A stretch of DNA of 20,000 nt, taken from assembly GCA_010093745.1 (NCBI GenBank), contig MU005974.1, forward strand, positions 230,037-250,036. The letters are read 5' to 3'. Source of the DNA: Piedraia hortae CBS 480.64 (Eukaryota). The notes under the pieces are model-generated. The model worked only from the letters and a program-made list of their open reading frames with translations, searched no databases and was not told the DNA's origin. How positions within the stretch are numbered: the stretch's first letter is position 1; each line of letters starts with the position of its first letter. The position numbers and the translations under genes are program-made. Shown piece after piece: positions 17,546-20,000 of this stretch.

Positions 17546-19692
17546 CTGGACCCGCGTTTTGGCTTCAGGGATACCGGCGACATGCTCTGGACCGGGATCG
17601 TAGAGGTGGCCCCGAAAGGAGCATGCCGCAAGAGCTATCTCAGCAGGCATTCCGGCAGAAGAGCAATTTGATATCTATGCTGCTCAGGACGAAATGTCGG
17701 CCCTCATCTCGGGCGTGCAGTCGGAGAAAGGAAGCTCCTTCCATTACCGGCATGAGGCTTTTCCCCCGGTGCCAGAGAAACGGAAGCGTCGACGTGGTGG
17801 AAGACGGTGGGGCAACATAAATTTCCACGATGACCGCCAGCGACGTCCTCGCAGTACAATCGATAAGCATGTCCGCGGAGAGAGTTTCTTTCGCTAGGGC
17901 AGGTATAGCTTCGCCTTTCGTCAGGCTTATTGGTAATCGCTGGAACCGAAGAGATGGGGCGTTGTATCGTTGGTGGGCATGGAGGAAAAGGGCTAGGATG
18001 TCGGCTGTGCTAGACAAGCTGGGGAGGAAAATGGTGAAAGCGAACTGTCAGAACGGCCGTAGAGCCTGAGCCCTGGTGGTCAGGAACTAAGGATTGTTGT
18101 TGAGAAGTATCAGTGCCATACCTCGGCCTGATAACAAAGACGATACAAAGAAAAACCCTGTATAGCAAGATACTCCAAGAGCATGATAAAGAGGACAGTG
18201 GCGCAATGGAGTAACATTTGAACCTGTTTGAACACAGAAGCTACTTGTATACAAGCTTGCTGTTGAACATCAGGAAAGATAATTTTGTAAAAACTCAATC
18301 TTCAGAACGATTACGCTACGCAAAAACTATCTTCCAACTAAAGCATGGGCACCGATGGAATTCAAGAGATATATCCTCCATCGAATTATGGCCCATTACG
18401 CCAACGACCCTCACCAACTTATACGCAGACTTCAATCTGGATTCAACAGAGAGATGTGCAACGAAGGACAGATGAAGACTTTGAGATGAACTATTGTCTA
18501 CCGACTACCAAGTCATGTCAGGGCTCATCGACAGATTGCTCTTTCAACCAGGATTAGGAGGAGAAATTAAACAGGGAGTTGAAAGCGAAAGTTGCTGCAT
18601 CTCAGCTCGGGTTGCTCCTGCAAAAATATTCTTCCAGCTTTCCATCCCTGCTGTGGAACCGAACCAGACCTGACGTAGAACAGTCCAGCGACTTCTCATA
18701 CGTCTGATCTCATCTAACGGTGCTGCAAGAGCCTCCTTACTTGGTGGGCCCCCTAATATCCTCACTTGAAAAGGAAGAGGAAGAGAAATTGGGAAAGGAA
18801 CCGCCACTCTCGCCATTGCCATGCAATAATCCGCACGATCAAGCGTCTGCAATTCGTATAACGATAACGTGATTGGGAATCTAAACTATATCCGAAAACG
18901 TGTCGAACACAATAATCCGGTGTCACGAGAGGAGAGAACGTACCATGGTGGAGTTTTCCAATACCATAGGCCCTTCTCCCTTATATAAAAGTGTAGAGAC
19001 GCGAAAAAAGGGAGAGGGAAGTGAAATTGTGTCAGTCAATCTTCCATCTCTTGAATGGCTTCGAATTTTGACGGTGGGGATACTGATCGGTTGATAACGG
19101 GAATCGATCCAGCTGGTTCATATGGATGCCAAAACCAACCCCGAGGGTGGATATACTGAAGCGAGATCATCAACTTACTCAGTTTAGGGTTCCGGGATTA
19201 GGGTATCATTATGGATGCGTCGAATTGTAAGAGGCTCTTGGACGGCTGGAAGGACGCCGTCACGAGGCACCACATTTCCATCCGAGGCAAATCCGAGGTA
19301 ACTTCCAATCTTACAAACAGAAGGAGACCACTGTAGTAAAACATGCCCCGAGGTCGGAATGGTAGAATTTGAAGATGCGCTAGTTGCTTCCGTCTGCGCT
19401 GATATTTATAATTCCACTGTAGACGCGCTGGAAATTTCAGACTCTGAAGTGGAGAAATACTGCCTGTATGTATCGTTTCTATCCCACCGTCTAAGTGGAG
19501 AACGACTTCTATTTGATCTTGTTGGTCTCTCCATTCATAAGAGGGTGAGAGATTATCGTGTCAGACTATGATGAAAGAAGGATGGAGAGTGTGGCTTGGA
19601 CACCGGGTTAAGGCAAAGGAGGGAGTTATATTCCCCCAAAATCCATCCGTCAAAAGTTTAGACTGGCGTAGAGAAAATCTTCCCGTATCCCA

Positions 19693-20000
19693 TCACAAAA
19701 CAAACCTAAACCCCGTCCCGTAATCCTCCTTTCCCCTCCCCCCCACCCCTTCATCCCTCCCCTCCAACCTCCCATTCTCCCACCTCAACAACGCCCTCAA
19801 TCCCACCGCCAGCATGGCGGTCAAAAACAAAAACCCCGCGCAGATCGCATGCCCCTTCACGTACCCCGGCCCCTCCAGGTTCGGATACAACCTCTTCCCG
19901 AGCAGCGGACCACACTGCCCAACCAAATTCAACACCACGAACCCCACCCCCCTCCTAACATCCCCACCCTGGTTATTCGCCGTCCACGGTAGAATGTTCG
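19693..20000 (-). CDS. MFS transporter, allantoate permease/anion:cation symporter type; 3' end only
   Basis: Frame open to the window edge: NILPWTANNQGGDVRRGVGFVVLNLVGQCGPLLG..YP...P.Y.KGHAIC, a last TM helix, LRWEN.R and terminal FRFVL, as typical of Dal5/Tna1-like permeases. Confidence 0.9.
   Translation of the reverse strand, partial: NILPWTANNQGGDVRRGVGFVVLNLVGQCGPLLGKRLYPNLEGPGYVKGHAICAGFLFLTAMLAVGLRALLRWENGRLEGRDEGVGGRGKEDYGTGFRFVL

Noticed and set aside
19183..19204. Telomere-like TTAGGG words
   Set aside because: Only two non-tandem copies, which is expected by chance.
17623..19571. Several 60-125-aa ORFs on both strands
   Set aside because: No recognisable domains, overlapping frames and many non-ATG starts; possibly pseudogene debris, but not supportable.

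Overview
Eukaryotic DNA from a filamentous ascomycete with compact genes in which I see no introns. Four housekeeping genes are recognisable: the 3' part of the complex I 78-kDa subunit (+), GMP synthase (-), mitochondrial endonuclease G/NUC1 (+) and the 3' end of an allantoate-permease-type MFS transporter (-). Between them lie two accessory tracts (about 3.4-11.6 kb and 12.7-19.6 kb) made mostly of decayed fragments and repeats. The most notable structure is a 4.7-kb cassette (6770-11508) bounded by two 565-bp inverted repeats in which I found no mismatch. It encloses a 46-bp near-perfect palindrome, an orphan fragment resembling a ubiquitin hydrolase C-terminus, and an intact 506-aa gene for a PD-(D/E)XK/restriction-endonuclease-like protein with a coiled-coil tail; no transposase or recombinase is visible. 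The cassette is interleaved with a 232-bp direct repeat, nested in an older 198-bp inverted repeat pair, lies near a decayed Ty1/copia pol remnant missed by the ORF track, and ends 250 bp upstream of NUC1. All family calls are by eye and need HMM/BLAST confirmation.
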